64,000 nt of DNA, taken from positions 23,686,001-23,750,000 of the forward strand of contig NC_086097.1 in assembly GCF_963921235.1 (NCBI RefSeq), read 5' to 3'. Shown here one piece after another: positions 1 through 12,434 of this stretch. The position numbers were made by a program, and so were the translations under genes. How positions within the stretch are numbered: position 1 is the stretch's first letter; each line of letters opens with the position of its first letter. The stretch comes from Mobula hypostoma. Lineage: Eukaryota. The notes under the pieces were generated by a model. That model did not search any database and was not told where the DNA came from. It saw nothing but the letters and a program-made list of their open reading frames with translations.

Positions 1-1019
1 CTGTATCTCCAGATTGCCGCTTTGCAGCATTGGCTACCTTTGGGAGGCATCCAATGTCTTTTGGTTGATATTTACTTTTTTTTCGGTCTTTTTGTGTAAA
101 ACTGTCTGGCAATCTGTGACAGAAACATGAAGGAGGAGGTGCTTCTGTTTCTCGCTCACTCCAATTGACTTGGCATGACCTGTTGCTGTGGGCTCCAGCA
201 GAAGCAGGCTGCAATTTAACTCGCTCCTTCTCCGCTCTGGCTGTTATTATTTGTAATTACAAATCATTATCTCTTGTCTTTTCTCCACCAGCCACAATGC
301 AGAGAGTGATTTACATGAATAGCATTCTGATTTCGAAGAGAACAAGCGAGTGCGTGTGAGGCAGAGAGATAAAGAAGGGCACTTGAGCATCGCGTTTCTG
401 AACATTGCACCATCGTATTGTTAATGCATCCTTTTGTTACAAGCTTATTGTTATGAACTCAGCTTCCAAATTATATTAATGAACTTGACATATATGGACA
501 ACCTTGCAGCCCTCACCTCTTCTCCCCCACCGCCCCATTCCCCAAAGAAACTGCCTCTTGGCACCGTATGTAATTTTAGGACCAAATGAATTTGCACAGC
601 AATTTACCTTACACTTGAAGCCGTTCTGCTTTTGTTTTAGAAAATGTAGAACATACACACTCAGAGGTCGCTGTTTAAGAGCATAATATTTTGAGTAAAA
701 ATGCACAAAGATACCTATATTGCTTAGTAACCTGAATAGTTTATTTCAACAATCAGTCTTTATTGTGAGTCTTGATTAAATGCCTTTTTGTTTGCTTATT
801 TGCATTTCAGTATGTAATGACTTGAATTCCTATTTGCCATGTAGTCCCCACAGCTCTGAGCACAGGAATTCTTTGGGATCTGACTCGACTCCACTTGGAA
901 AATACCATAAGATTTAAGTTAGTGTTGAATGAATGATACATTTTAAGTCGGACTTCATGGAGAATTGCTCTAAGTTCCATTGAGATAGAACCAAGCAATC
1001 TTTAGCTTTTACCTGAAAG

Positions 1020-1768
1020 ACCATAAGACATAGGAACAGATTTAGGCCATTCAGCCCATTAAGTCTGCTTCACCTTTCAATCATGATCGATATATTATCC
1101 CTCTCAACCCCATTCTCCCGTCTTCTCCTGTAACCTTTGATGCCCTTACTAATCAGCAAACTATCAACCTCCACTTTAAATAGACCTAATGACTTGCCCT
1201 CCACCGCCATTGTGTTACAGCGAATTCCACAGATACATCGCCCTTTGGCTGAAGAAACTCATCCTCATCTCTATTCTAAAGGGACATCATTCTATTCTGA
1301 GGTTGTGTACTCTGGTGTTGGAATTCCCCACGAAAGAAACATCCTCTCCACGTCCACTGTATCTATGTCTTTCAATATTCAATAAATTTCAATGAGATAC
1401 ACCTCATTCTTCTAAACTCCAGCGAGTACAGATCCAGACCCATCAAATGCTCCCCACATGTTAACCGCTTCATTCCCATGATCATCCTCATGAATCTCCT
1501 CTGGACACTCTTCAATTCCAGAACATCGTTTCTTAGATAAGGGGCCCAATCATCAGAATCAAATATCGCTGTGATGATTGTACGTTCTAGTATCAATTGT
1601 TTGGCGACAATAAAGTATAAAATATAAAACTTCTCATTATAATCAGAATACAGTCTTACCAATGCCTCATAAAGCCTTAGCATTACATGCTTTGCTTTTA
1701 TATTCCAGTCCTCTCGAATTGAATGCTAAGATTGCATTTGCCTTCCTCACCACCGACACAACCTGCAA
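1020..1768 (-). mobile_element. CR1 LINE 3' fragment with a ~90-bp insertion at ~1552-1645
   Basis: ORF 1372-1683 reads MLRLYEALVR...WAPYLRNDVLELKSVQRRFMRMI...LYSLEFRRMR (CR1 ORF2 C-terminus); typical 3' end (ccataagacataggaacag on +). Confidence 0.9.
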
Positions 1769-2244
1769 AGAGGAGATAGTGTCTTTGTTTAACATTTCAC
1801 TCAAAAGAATACATTGAAGGTATTGTTCTGAAGCATCAGCTTAGATCCTATGTTCATTTAATGTAAACCCACAAATTCCTAACTTATTGGCAGATGTCCT
1901 AATCTCTGAAATACCAGTGGCATCTAAAGGATGAAGGCTTTAAGTAGAATTCTTTGATGCCACATCCCATCAGAAGATCTTGTGGTAGAAATCCACTCTT
2001 AATCATGTGCTGTAAATGCAAAATATGATTGGGGCTATACATTATATCCTGCTACTCAAGGTTGTTTTGATTTACTGACTTCAATGGAATAAAATTTCAG
2101 AATTGGATTTCAATATGTATACGCTGCTACATCACATATTTAGTGGATGTAGCAAGTCCAAATTTTTATCACTGAATCATAGATTTATGACATAGAAGAA
2201 GGCTATTTGACTCAATGTCTCTGTGCCGGTCAGTAAAAGCTGAA

Positions 2245-2527
2245 TCCTCCCTTTCTCGGAGTAAAGGGATGTCCCATTAGAATTGAGAAGAGTTCTTCAG
2301 CCAGGAGGTGATGAACCTGTGGACTTCATTGCTATAGATGGGTGTAGAGGACAAGTTATTATTTATATTTAAAGCAGAGATTGATAGGATCTTAATTGCA
2401 AAGGAATTTAAGGGTCATGGGGAGAAAGTGTAAGAACAAGGCTGAAGGGGAGAAAGAGCCATGGTTAAATGGTGAAGCAGACACAATAAGTTGAATGGTT
2501 TAATTCTGCTCCTATATCTTATGGCCT
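2245..2527 (+). mobile_element. CR1 LINE 3' end
   Basis: ttcttcagccaggaggtgatgaacctgtgg...aattctgctcctatatcttatgg, same 3' end as the other CR1 copies. Confidence 0.85.
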
Positions 2528-2781
2528 TCCGGCATTCTCAGTCTACAAGTACACCTCTGGGTGCGTTTGTGTATATGATAAGAATTCAACTTCCGTTAAC
2601 TTTACAGACAGTGTATTCCAGACCTATTTCACTCTCCAGATGAAAACGTTTTTGTCATCACCCCTTTAATCATTCTACCACTGACTTTAAATCTATAAAC
2701 GCCAGTTCTTGAATTTAGATAAAGAAAAAATGACTTCCTGTTTTCTCCATCTATATGAATGTCAGTCGGGCTTCACTCCAG

Positions 2782-2908
2782 ACACAAGAGATTCTGCAGA
2801 TGCTGGAAATCTTGAGAAACACAAAGAAAATGCTGGAGGAACTCAGCAGGTCAGACAGAACCTATAGATGGAAATAAGCAGTCACTTCAGGCCAAAAGCC
2901 TTCATCAT
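2782..2908 (-). mobile_element. Penelope terminal-repeat fragment
   Basis: ctgcagatgctgg...aaaatgctggaggaactcagcagg matches the reverse of the 3' end of the Penelope copy at 48590-49258. Confidence 0.75.
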
Positions 2909-3009
2909 TCTTGTTTAAGCTTCACCCTCCTCTGTTCTGTAGAAAACAGCCCTGCATAATTCATCTTTCCTCATTACTATAGCTTTTAAGTTCAGACAAT
3001 GTCCTCGAG

Positions 3010-3352
3010 CCCATCTACTAGGAGCACTGCCAGAAGAAAGCAGCATCCATCATCAAGGACCCCCACTATCCAATCCATGCTCTCTTCTCACTGCTGCCTT
3101 CACAAAGGAGATACAAGAGCCTTAGGTCCAACACCAAAAGGTTCAGGAACAGATATTACCCAATAACCATCAGGCTCCTGAACCAGTGTGGAAAACATCA
3201 CTTAATTCAACTCTGAATTAATTCCAAAACCTACGAATTCACTTTCATGCATTCTACAACTCAAGTTCTCAGTATGTACTGTATCTATCTATCTATCTAT
3301 CCATCCATCCATTTATTCATTCATTCATTCATCCATTTATTTATTTATCTAT

Positions 3353-3419
<67 letters not shown>

Positions 3420-3560
3420 TTTGTATTTAAGCAGACCAGCTTCTTTTACACGTTGGTTTCTTGTCAGAGTCCTTGTGTGTTGTTTTTCATTGATTTTAGT
3501 GCATTTCTTTATTCTGCTGTGAATGTCTGCAAGAAAACAAAAAAAAAAATATTTTGAACC
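3010..3560 (+). mobile_element. Rex1/Babar-type LINE 3' end
   Basis: gcagcatccatcatcaaggacccccac...aggttcaggaacag matches the 3' end of the Rex1 copy at 52835-54185. Confidence 0.75.
3283..3421. repeat. Compound tetranucleotide microsatellite (TCTA)/(TCCA)/(TTCA)/(TTTA)n
   Basis: Directly visible. Confidence 0.95.
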
Positions 3561-3569
3561 TTTACCTCC

Positions 3570-3960
3570 TATCGTCATGGTTAGAATTGTACATAGTGCC
3601 AAGCTGTGGTCAAACTAGATCAATATATAGTTATAGCATGCCTGTATATAGACTTTGCTTCAGCTAATTTTTAAAAAAATAAAGCTTTCAGTGTGCCTAT
3701 TTAACCACACTATTGACCTGTCCTGCTATCTTTATGGAACTGTGGACAGGTATTTCAGGCACCTTTGCTTTGCCACACCACTCAATAATCTTCTGTTTAC
3801 TGCCATATGCCTTTTCCTTGTTGTACTGCCCAAATATATTTACCTCACTCTTCTCTGAATTAAATTCCATTTGATACTTCTTTTGCACAACTGACCGGAG
3901 AACCTAAGGCCTTCTGCAATGTAAAACTTTCCTCTTCATTCCTCATTATGACATCAGCAA
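3570..3960 (-). mobile_element. Old CR1 RT fragment
   Basis: ORF 3697-3888 QMEFNSEKSEV...VHSSIKIAGQVNSVVK resembles CR1 WQMEFNPDKCEV...VHRTLKAAMQVDSVVK. Confidence 0.75.
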
Positions 3961-4157
3961 TTCACGACTCCCTCATATTTAATCCAAGGATCAAGCAAAG
4001 GGCTTGATCTCATCTCTACGTGCTCCGGCTAACTTAACATCAGTGGGCTTAGAAGGGAGAGATCACTGGTGGGTCTGTGGCATAACAGACCTTGGCCAGG
4101 GATAGTGATGGCAGTATGTCCAAGTATTCTGTTGAAACTTGCTGGATCTGGAAATCC

Positions 4158-4576
4158 ATCGTTATGGCTATCCCTCGAGGTCGAGGACGATGGTCTTCGT
4201 TCTGAAGAAGTGGCCCACAGAGCAAAGACGCCTGTGCATGTATTTGTTTAACGTGTACTTGATGTTGCACTCCAAGAAGCATACGATACTTCATACGTCA
4301 ACCAGCTGATTCCAATGGCATGGAAACCAGGACGATTGGAGCTGATGGATTTGTTGCAGCCTTCATCCACCTTCACAGCCGAAGTTCGAAGTAACTTCGT
4401 CCCCCTGTTCCACTGTTGAGTTCTTGGTTGGATTGTTCTTAGTCAGGGACCTCACCCTCGACCTTACCGCCATGGGTGACCCTACCAGGAGCATAGCTCC
4501 AGGCGGCATTGCTCTCGGGATCACAGGACCACACAAGTTTCTCTACCATGACAAAGTGACAATCCACGGAGAAGGA
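4158..4576 (-). mobile_element. Non-autonomous RTE-derived bipartite element (RTE 5' leader joined to an RTE-like 3' end)
   Basis: Minus strand begins with an RTE/Expander-like leader (actttgtcatggtagag...gctcctggtagggtcacccatggc) and ends catcgtcctcgacctcgagggatagcc; no ORF. Confidence 0.65.
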
Positions 4577-4869
4577 TCTGGAAATGATGTAATCTAGAAG
4601 GTCTTTGAAAGTCAAGAATGAAGTACAGAACAGTTTTATTAGATGTTCATCACAATTCAGGTCAAATAGAGTCAGCTTGTATCAGCAAGAAAGACAGAGA
4701 AGTAATAAAGGAACTCCAACAAATTGTAAGTGGCTCTAACTGTAACTGGCTGTAAATCGTGACCAGCTGAAAATCTGTCTGGCTGTATCAAAGGAACATG
4801 AGCACACACTTTGCTTTTATACATCAACCTGCTTTGGGTTTATTTAGATTTAAAAAAACTGGTACTAAC

Positions 4870-5228
4870 TGTACTGAACAGCCTAGACAGAGTAAACGTG
4901 GAGAAAATGTTTCCAATAGTGGAAAAGTCTAGGACCAGAGGGCACAGACTCAGAATCGAAGGAAATCCCTTTAGAAGAGAGATGAGGAGGAATTTCTTTA
5001 GCCAGAGGGTGGTGAATCTGTAAAATTTGTTGCCACGGATGGCTGTGGAAGCCATGTCATTGGGTATACTTAAAGTGGAGTTTCTGAGTTATTAGTAAGG
5101 GAGTCGAAGTTTACAGGGAAAAGGAAGGAGAATGGGATTCAGAAGGATAATGAATCAGCCAAGGTTTAATTTCATAGAAGACTTAATGTCCGAATGGCCT
5201 ACTTCTGCTCCTCAGTCTTATGGTCTTG
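4870..5228 (+). mobile_element. CR1 LINE 3' end
   Basis: LDRVNVEKMFPIVEKSRTRGHRLRIEG..FRREMRRNFFSQRVVNL. Confidence 0.9.
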
Positions 5229-5709
5229 TGTATCACACTTCAGCTTAGCTGACAAAGAACTACAGAAATATAGAACCAAATATACTGCAAGTTATTAAAA
5301 TTCTACAAACGTGTGATGATATGAACATACAAGCAAGCATGAAGAGAGCTAAAACTACGAGGAGAAGCACAATAAAAACAACAATGCGTGTCCAAATCCA
5401 ACAAACTCAGCAACCTAGTTCCGTGACTGAGCAGATGGTGCAGGTGATGAATATAGGGCAGCACCTGTGGGCCATCCTAGAAAAAGATATGTGCAGGAAA
5501 TCAGATGACAGGCTCCAAAATTCAGACTATTTTCTGTTATTTCGAAAATTGCTGCCTCATTTTAGATTGTGTGGAGCAGCAGACACTGCATTTCTCACTT
5601 CTAATATGGTGGACATGTGTAAGAGTGACGGATATCTATAGCAGGTAACAGGCCAGATGCTCAGTTTGGCTGTATGCAGGTACAATTGATCTCTCCTTCA
5701 GGTAGACAA

Positions 5710-6090
5710 ATTCCCCACTCCACCACCCCCCCCCCACCTTCCTCTGTTCCCCACTCTGACCTTTTACTTCTTCTTACCTGCCTAATACTCCCCCCTGGGT
5801 CCTCTCCTCCTTTTCTTTCACCTGTGGTCCATTCTTTCTCTCCTATCAGAATATTTCTTCTCCAGCCCTTGACCTGGCTTCACCTATTGCCTTCTAGCTT
5901 GTGCTCCTTTCTCTCCCATGCCCTCATATTCTGTCTACTTCCCTCTTCCTTTCCAACCCCGATGCAAAATATTAGCCCAAAATAACTGCTTATTCATTTA
6001 TATAGATGCTATCTGACCTACTGAGTTCCTTTAGCATATTGTGTGTGTTGTATAGGATTTCCAGTATCTGCAGACTTTCTTATGTTTAGA
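5710..6090 (+). mobile_element. Penelope 3' pyrimidine-rich region and terminal repeat (decayed)
   Basis: C/T-rich tract followed by gatgctatctgacctactgagttcc...ccagtatctgcaga, as in 48866-49258. Confidence 0.7.
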
Positions 6091-7089
6091 ATCCAGTAAA
6101 ACCCAACTTCTTTCTGATTTCCCCTACTCATTCTAAAGTATAAATGGAAAAGTGATTTTCATGTTCTCTGAAATAATATAATGGCTTGTACCTCAAATGT
6201 TCCCTCTGGCAAGGCATTCTAGGGTTACATGTGCCTTTCAATGAGACATTCCACTTCCCCTTGCACTTTTGGTGGCAGCTCTAACAATCTCCTTGTTATT
6301 AAATACGGTAAATAGGAAACAATCTCTTCCTATTCCAAATTGTTAAAAAGCAATTAATAGCCTTTGTTTGATAATCAAACATAGGAATCAAACTACTACT
6401 CAATCACTCAAGTCTGCTGTACAATTCAATAGTAAGTTCTGTGCTTACAAAGCGTCTGTCTGCCTCACCCTTAAAGATTGCCAGACGTTCCGTGTCCATT
6501 TCCCTTTGAGGAATAGTGCACAAACCACTCATGCCTATCTCAGGAAAAATAAATTACTTCATCTCTGTCCAAAATGATCGTGAGTCTTTGGAGCTTTATT
6601 CCTCAAAGGGGATTGGGAGCAGAATATTTGAAGGAAGTGACTCCCAAGTTCTAAATTCTCCCAGAAGAAGAAACATACTGTCTACTTCCACACTATCAGG
6701 ATTGCACAGATTTTAATCAAGTCACCTCTCTCTTTCCTAAACCTAAGTCAATACAAGCTTAGTTTGCCAACCTTTCTCATGAGACATCCCACCAATATTA
6801 CTCTCGTAAAACCTTTCTGAATTGATTCCAGTGCATTAACATCCTTCCCACTGTACCAAATGCGGTCTCACCAATTCCCTATGTTACCATGGCATATACT
6901 TGTATTCATTTCCTTTCACAATAAACAATTACATTTTATTAGCTTTCCTCCTTACTTGCTCTGCATGCATTATGAAATGCTGCAAATCATACTCCAATTC
7001 TATAATTTTTCACCATTAAAATTAGGTTTTTTTAAATTTTCCTTGTCAAACAGATAATTGAGTTTTTTCCTTCTGTTTACACTTTTGAT

Positions 7090-7475
7090 CAGTACAACAC
7101 AGTACAGGCCCTCAATCCATGATGTTCTGATATTTTGAACTACTCCAAGATCAATCTAACCCTACGTAACCCTCCATTTTTCTATCGCCCAGGTGCCTAT
7201 CTAAGAGTCCCTTAAACGCCCCCAGTGTATCTGCCTCCACCACCACTCCTGGCAGTGCGTCCCGTGCACTTTCCATTCTCAATGTAAAATGACTACTTCC
7301 GATATTGCCTCTCTACTTTTTTCCAAACACCTTAAAGGTTTATCCTCTCATATCAGCCATTGCCATCCTGGGAAAATATCTCCGGCTGTCCACTCTGTTT
7401 ATGCCTCTTAACATCTTATAACCCTCCATCAAGTCATCTCTCATCCTCCTTCACTCCAAGAAGAAAAGCCCTTGT
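7090..7475 (-). mobile_element. CR1 LINE 3' end (second subfamily)
   Basis: acagtacaggccc...gtatctgcctccaccaccactcctggcagtgc, reverse of the 3' end at 12440-12820. Confidence 0.8.
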
Positions 7476-9003
7476 GCCAGATCTTTCTCATTTAATTAAC
7501 ATTTTCATTTTCTTTATATCCTGCTTTTGACCTCTTCACAGCTCAGTTTCTTACCTATCTTCGGGTCATTAGCAATCTGACAGCCATACTGTTAATAGTT
7601 TCATTCTAGTTATTTAATCAAATTGCAAGATGTTGAAGCCTCAGGATTGCCCTCTGTGGCCCATTGCTTTTTACGTCTTAGCAGCCAGAAAAAAAAGTCA
7701 CATTCATGTCTAATTCTCCCTTTTTGAGAAGCCATTAAAACTCCAATCCACACGAGTGTAACATTACCAACATCACACACTACCCGAGAGGCTTGCTATC
7801 TCAACGATCCCTAGAAATACAAAGGGTGATTTCAGCTGAAACATCGAATCTTTATTCCTTTCCAGGGATGCATATCGACCTGCTGAGTTCCTCCAGCATT
7901 TTGTGTTTGTTATTCTGGATTTCCAGTAGAATTTGTTGTGTTTGTGTGGGTGATTTATCCAATCAGGTACAGAGAAGGATGCTGACTGAGAGGTTTAAAA
8001 AAAAAGCCACAAGTTTCCATGAGCTTTTAAATTGTTGTCATAATACACGGCCTTTAGTATATGCGAACTGAAATTTCTGGATGTCGGGCCCTAGGTGCTC
8101 TGGCATTATTTTACAGAAAAACTTCAATTTTTCACGAGAGAAGAGTTGAAAGAAAGGAAATACAAAGTAAGATGGTAAGCAAGTTTAACATCTCATTCAC
8201 CATGTCATGCCATGTATGAATGATATTTCAGTAAATAAGAACTTAATCTTTATGCATGATAAAAAGAGTTTACTTGTAAACAAAAGAATATCATTTTTAG
8301 TTGAAGTCTTTGGGCAGCATTTGTCAAGAGAAGAGAAATCTGTTTCAGGAAACAGAACTCTTTATTTCTGTAACAACTATTGTCGCCAGGTGCTTTCAGA
8401 ATCCATGGGGAAGGAGGGAAGTAAATCCTCCCACGTGCTGTGTTGTAACAGGGCTACTTAACCTCAGTATCAGAGTTCAGACATCATGACGTGATTCATG
8501 CATTGATATGAGGTCTCTGAATGTGATTGTCCAGGTAAAAATGGATGATGACATATCTGGGAATTGTGATGTGGAGCTGACTTTAGACTTTATCATTTCA
8601 GGCTGCGTGTTATAGCTGTCATGTGGTCACGTGTCAATGGGTGAAAATATAGAGTCACAATATTCAAGATTCCAGGGATGCCACTTTCCTCCTGCAGTGA
8701 TCCATAGATTGCTTTGAAAACTCAAAGAAATCCCAAAATTGTCCTAAATTCCATCATAGTGATGGCTCATCACGGGTCATTGATTTGGAACCATAGCGAG
8801 CCGGATTATGGCTAAGTATGGTGATGTTAGATCCTGGTGTTCATGTGATCCACGGGTTCTTCAGAAGTCCAGAATAAGCCACAAAATGTTGCTTATGGCT
8901 GTTTTATTAATTATTGTAAGAATGAAGAACATACAAAAAAGGGCTGAGAGAACACAGAAAAGACAGAGGAAGAGTGGTGGTTGTCTCATGCTCAGGCTAG
9001 CCA

Positions 9004-9422
9004 TTACTTACTTACTTACTGCCCATTAGGCCGCTGGCATTTAGGACAGCACTATAGATCCTCCATGTCTGGTGGTGTTCAGAGCTTTCATCATTGTGTC
9101 AGTACCTTCTTCTCAGTTTTCACTACTGTCAGTCATAGTCGGTCTCCAGATTGAGACTCAGGACTCAGATGTAGAAGATTCTTCATTGCTGTTTCCGTAA
9201 CAATTCTGTTTTACCAGTCAGAGTTGTAGCTCTGAGTTGAACCCCTGAACCTGGAGGTCCGATAGACTATTTTTAGTATTTCCTCTACCCTTTGACCTGT
9301 TTGGCATGGGCCACCCAACCAAGAGCCAAAGCATAAAGCCCTGACTCCAGCCAACATAGCTCTCCGGGTCATTGAGGCACACAACCCTCCGAGCCATGAC
9401 AAGGTAGTGGTCCTCTTGGAGG
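9004..9422 (-). mobile_element. Non-autonomous RTE-derived bipartite element with (AGTA)n tail
   Basis: Minus: RTE-like leader accttgtcatggctcggagggttgtgtgcctcaatgacccggagagctatg; 3' end aatgggcagtaagtaagtaagtaa; second copy at 18620-18955. Confidence 0.7.
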
Positions 9423-10039
9423 CAGGTTAGAGATAAACAGTGGATAAGGTAGTGGTCGAGTGGGTGCAGGGCAAAAATTGATAATGCACACTGACACGAG
9501 GGACAAAGTTTTGGAGGCATTTGTAGTTCACGTGTGTACTTGCAGTTCATTGAGGGAGAACTATGGGAAAACAAAATATATGTAAATTGTCTCAAACCCT
9601 TTGGCAATGGGATGCATGACTGAATCCTGGCTCAAACTGACAGAATGACTTCATAGCCACTGCAGTTATTGCAATTATATAGCCTGTTTTTGACTAAACA
9701 TTCCGTCCTCTCCAAATAGTCTATGCCGGTGTTTCAGCTCTGCCTTTCCCTTGTGTCATTTAAATCTAATAACCTATAGAGTTTCCTTCTACCCCAAGCA
9801 CTTACTCATCTTCCTCTTAGAGGCACTTGTGACATTTGCCTCAACAACTCTTATGTGTTAGTATGTTCCATCCTCCTGGTAATCTTTTCCTGAATTTCTT
9901 CTTGATTGTTTTTTAAATTGTCTGTCTTATATTTATAGTGCATTTCCCTTGCAATTGAAAACATCTTCTTTACATCTACAAAATCTTATCAGCTATTATT
10001 AGCTATTAATTCATTAACTCTAGTAAGCACAGTCAGCCA

Positions 10040-10440
10040 GAGTTTAGAAGAATGAGGGCGGATGTCATTGAAACTTACTGAATATTGGAATGTCTAGATA
10101 GAGTAGATGTGGAGAGGATGTTTCCTATAGTGGAGAATCTTGAACCAGAGGGCTCAGCAGCAGAGTAGAAGGACATCCCTTTAGAATAGAGATGAGGAGG
10201 AATTTGTTTAGCCAGGGGGTGTCAAATCTTTGGAATTCATTGCTTCAGACGGCTGTGGAGGCCAAGTCATTGGGTATATTTAAAGTGGAAGTATATAGGT
10301 TCTTGATTAGTAAGATCATCAAAGGTTATGGAGAGAAGGCAGGAGAATGGGATTAACAGGGATAGAAAATCAATGACGATAGAATAGCAGAGCAGACTCA
10401 ATGGGTCAAATTCTGTTCCTAGATCTTACGGTCTTATGGC
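10040..10440 (+). mobile_element. CR1 LINE 3' end
   Basis: gagtttagaagaatgaggg...ctagatagagtagatgtggagaggatgtttcc...tcttatgg. Confidence 0.9.
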
Positions 10441-11139
10441 TAAAGAAGAACTAACTAGCCTTCTGTTTTCTGGAGAAAAGAGCCAAGTCTGTTCACTTTT
10501 ATTTGAATATTATGACTTCTCAGTTCAGCTATCATCCCTGCAAATCTATTTTGCAATTTCCAGTACCTTTATATCCTATTGATAATATGGAGATCAGAGT
10601 TGTACGCAGCATTTTAAAGAAGATCTCACACAGATTCAAAGCCACTTGAACATAATTTCTTTTCTAAGTTCTATTCTTCAAGAAATGATCAGTAAAATCT
10701 GTTCTAGAAATACTGAATGGAAGGAATTTTACAAAGTTCATTTGTGCAATTACATTATTATACTCCAATATATACAGTCTACTCAACTGGAGATTTTTTT
10801 GGAAAGCTAATTGATTGGGTTTCATGACTCCCTCTGTAATAAGAATGTCATTATTGTAAAATATTGGACCATTTGGAATTTTATGACATAAATAGCTGTG
10901 TCTTTACTGATCCATCATCATTATCACACTAGGGTATGTCCAGCCATGTCTACCAAATTGCAGCAAGTTGCTAATCCTATGGGCTCCTGTGTTTCAATGT
11001 GGTTGTAATATTTTCTGTTCTTTATCCTTTATGTGGTGTCAGCTGCGGTTCAGATGGCAGCACTTTCATTTATATGTAAAGATGCTGGTAATAGAAACAG
11101 AAGCAGGTCTCCCTGACTCTTCAAACCTGCTCCATCAGA

Positions 11140-11445
11140 TATACAAGCAGAATTAGGCTATTTGGCCCATCAAGTCTGCTCCACTATTTCATCATGAGAG
11201 ATTTATTATTCCTCTCAACTGCCTTTCTCCTGCCTTCTCCCGTAACTTTTGATGACCCTAGGAATCAACACAGCCATCTATGGCAATGAATCCCACAGAT
11301 TTACCACATTCTGGCTAAAGAAATTTCTCCCCATCTCTGTTCTAAAGGAACATCCTTGTATTCTGAGGCTGTGCCCTTTCGTCTTAAACTCCCCGGCTGT
11401 AGGAAACATCCTCTCCATGCCCACTCTATCTAGGCCTTTCAATTT
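11140..11445 (-). mobile_element. CR1 LINE 3' end
   Basis: ORF 11278-11547 LKGLDRVGMERMFP...FRTEMGRNFFSQNVVNLWDSLP. Confidence 0.9.
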
Positions 11446-11929
11446 CTTAAACAGTTCACTCCTTGTTCTGAGACAATGGCCCAACTGCTTCAGAGACACT
11501 TTAGCCAGAGAAACCATTCTCCCTTTATATAATGGCCCCAGCCCCATAAGAAGTTTGATTGTTTGAATGTGATATCCACAGCTCCACAGAATGCTGATCT
11601 AATCCACTTATTACATAGAATAGAAAGTTCAAAGCTCAGAGTAAGTTCATTATCAAAGTACATATATGTCACCATATAAAGCCCTGAGATTCATTTTCTT
11701 GTGGGCGTGCTGAATAAACCCATAATTTGTTGTCCAATCTCCCATGTGAGGCCTTATCAAAAGTGCTCTGAAAATGGTCCCATCCTTAGACCTTCAATAG
11801 ATTATTCAGATTTGATTTTCCTTCCATAACTCATGCTGACATTGCTTAATTTTGTAATTCATTTCAAGGTGTTCTATTATTGTATTCTTCATTATAGATC
11901 CTGACATTTTCCCTAAAAGATTTATTTTA

Positions 11930-12345
11930 TTTCATTTGGAGATAGAGTGTGGAACAGACTTTTTTGGCCTAACAGGCCACATTGTCCAGCAACCCACCTA
12001 CGTAACCCGAGACTAATCACAGGAAATTTTCAGTGACCAATTAATTTACTAACCGGTCCATTTTTGGACTGTAGGAGGAAACCCACATGCTCACGGGAAG
12101 GATGTACACACTTCTTACAGATGGATTCTTACGGTTTCCTCTAGGTGCTCCAGTTTCCTCCCACAGTCCAAGTGCGGACTGGTTAGTAGGTTAATCGTTC
12201 ATTGTAGATTGTCCTGTGATTAGACTAGGATTAAGTAGGTAGTTTGCTGGGTGATGTGGTTTGTTAGGCCAGAAAGGCCTGTTCCAAACTCAATGAACTC
12301 CAATGCACCAAGCTGTAATAGTGTCATGCTAACTGCTATACAATT
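11930..12345. mobile_element. HE1-like V-SINE (-) containing an inverted copy of its own body (+)
   Basis: V-domain ggtttcctctaggtgctccagtttcctcccacagtccaaag on + at ~12133-12172; its reverse complement ttggactgtaggaggaaacc at ~12064-12083. Confidence 0.75.
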
Positions 12346-12434
12346 TTGGGGGCCTATAATTGAGCCAGAGAGCTGTGAGTTCATATCCTATTGCAGGAGC
12401 TTGTCCACAAAATTTATGTTGTGATCTCAAACGA

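Noticed and set aside
3247..3522. 91-aa ORF rich in YLFI repeats resembling a membrane protein
   Set aside because: Translation of the (TTTA)n microsatellite
8117..8174. Possible + strand exon (ttttacAG|...KLQFFTREELKERKYK|GTAAGA, alternative GTAAGC)
   Set aside because: Short, peptide not recognised, weak pyrimidine tract and no partner exons
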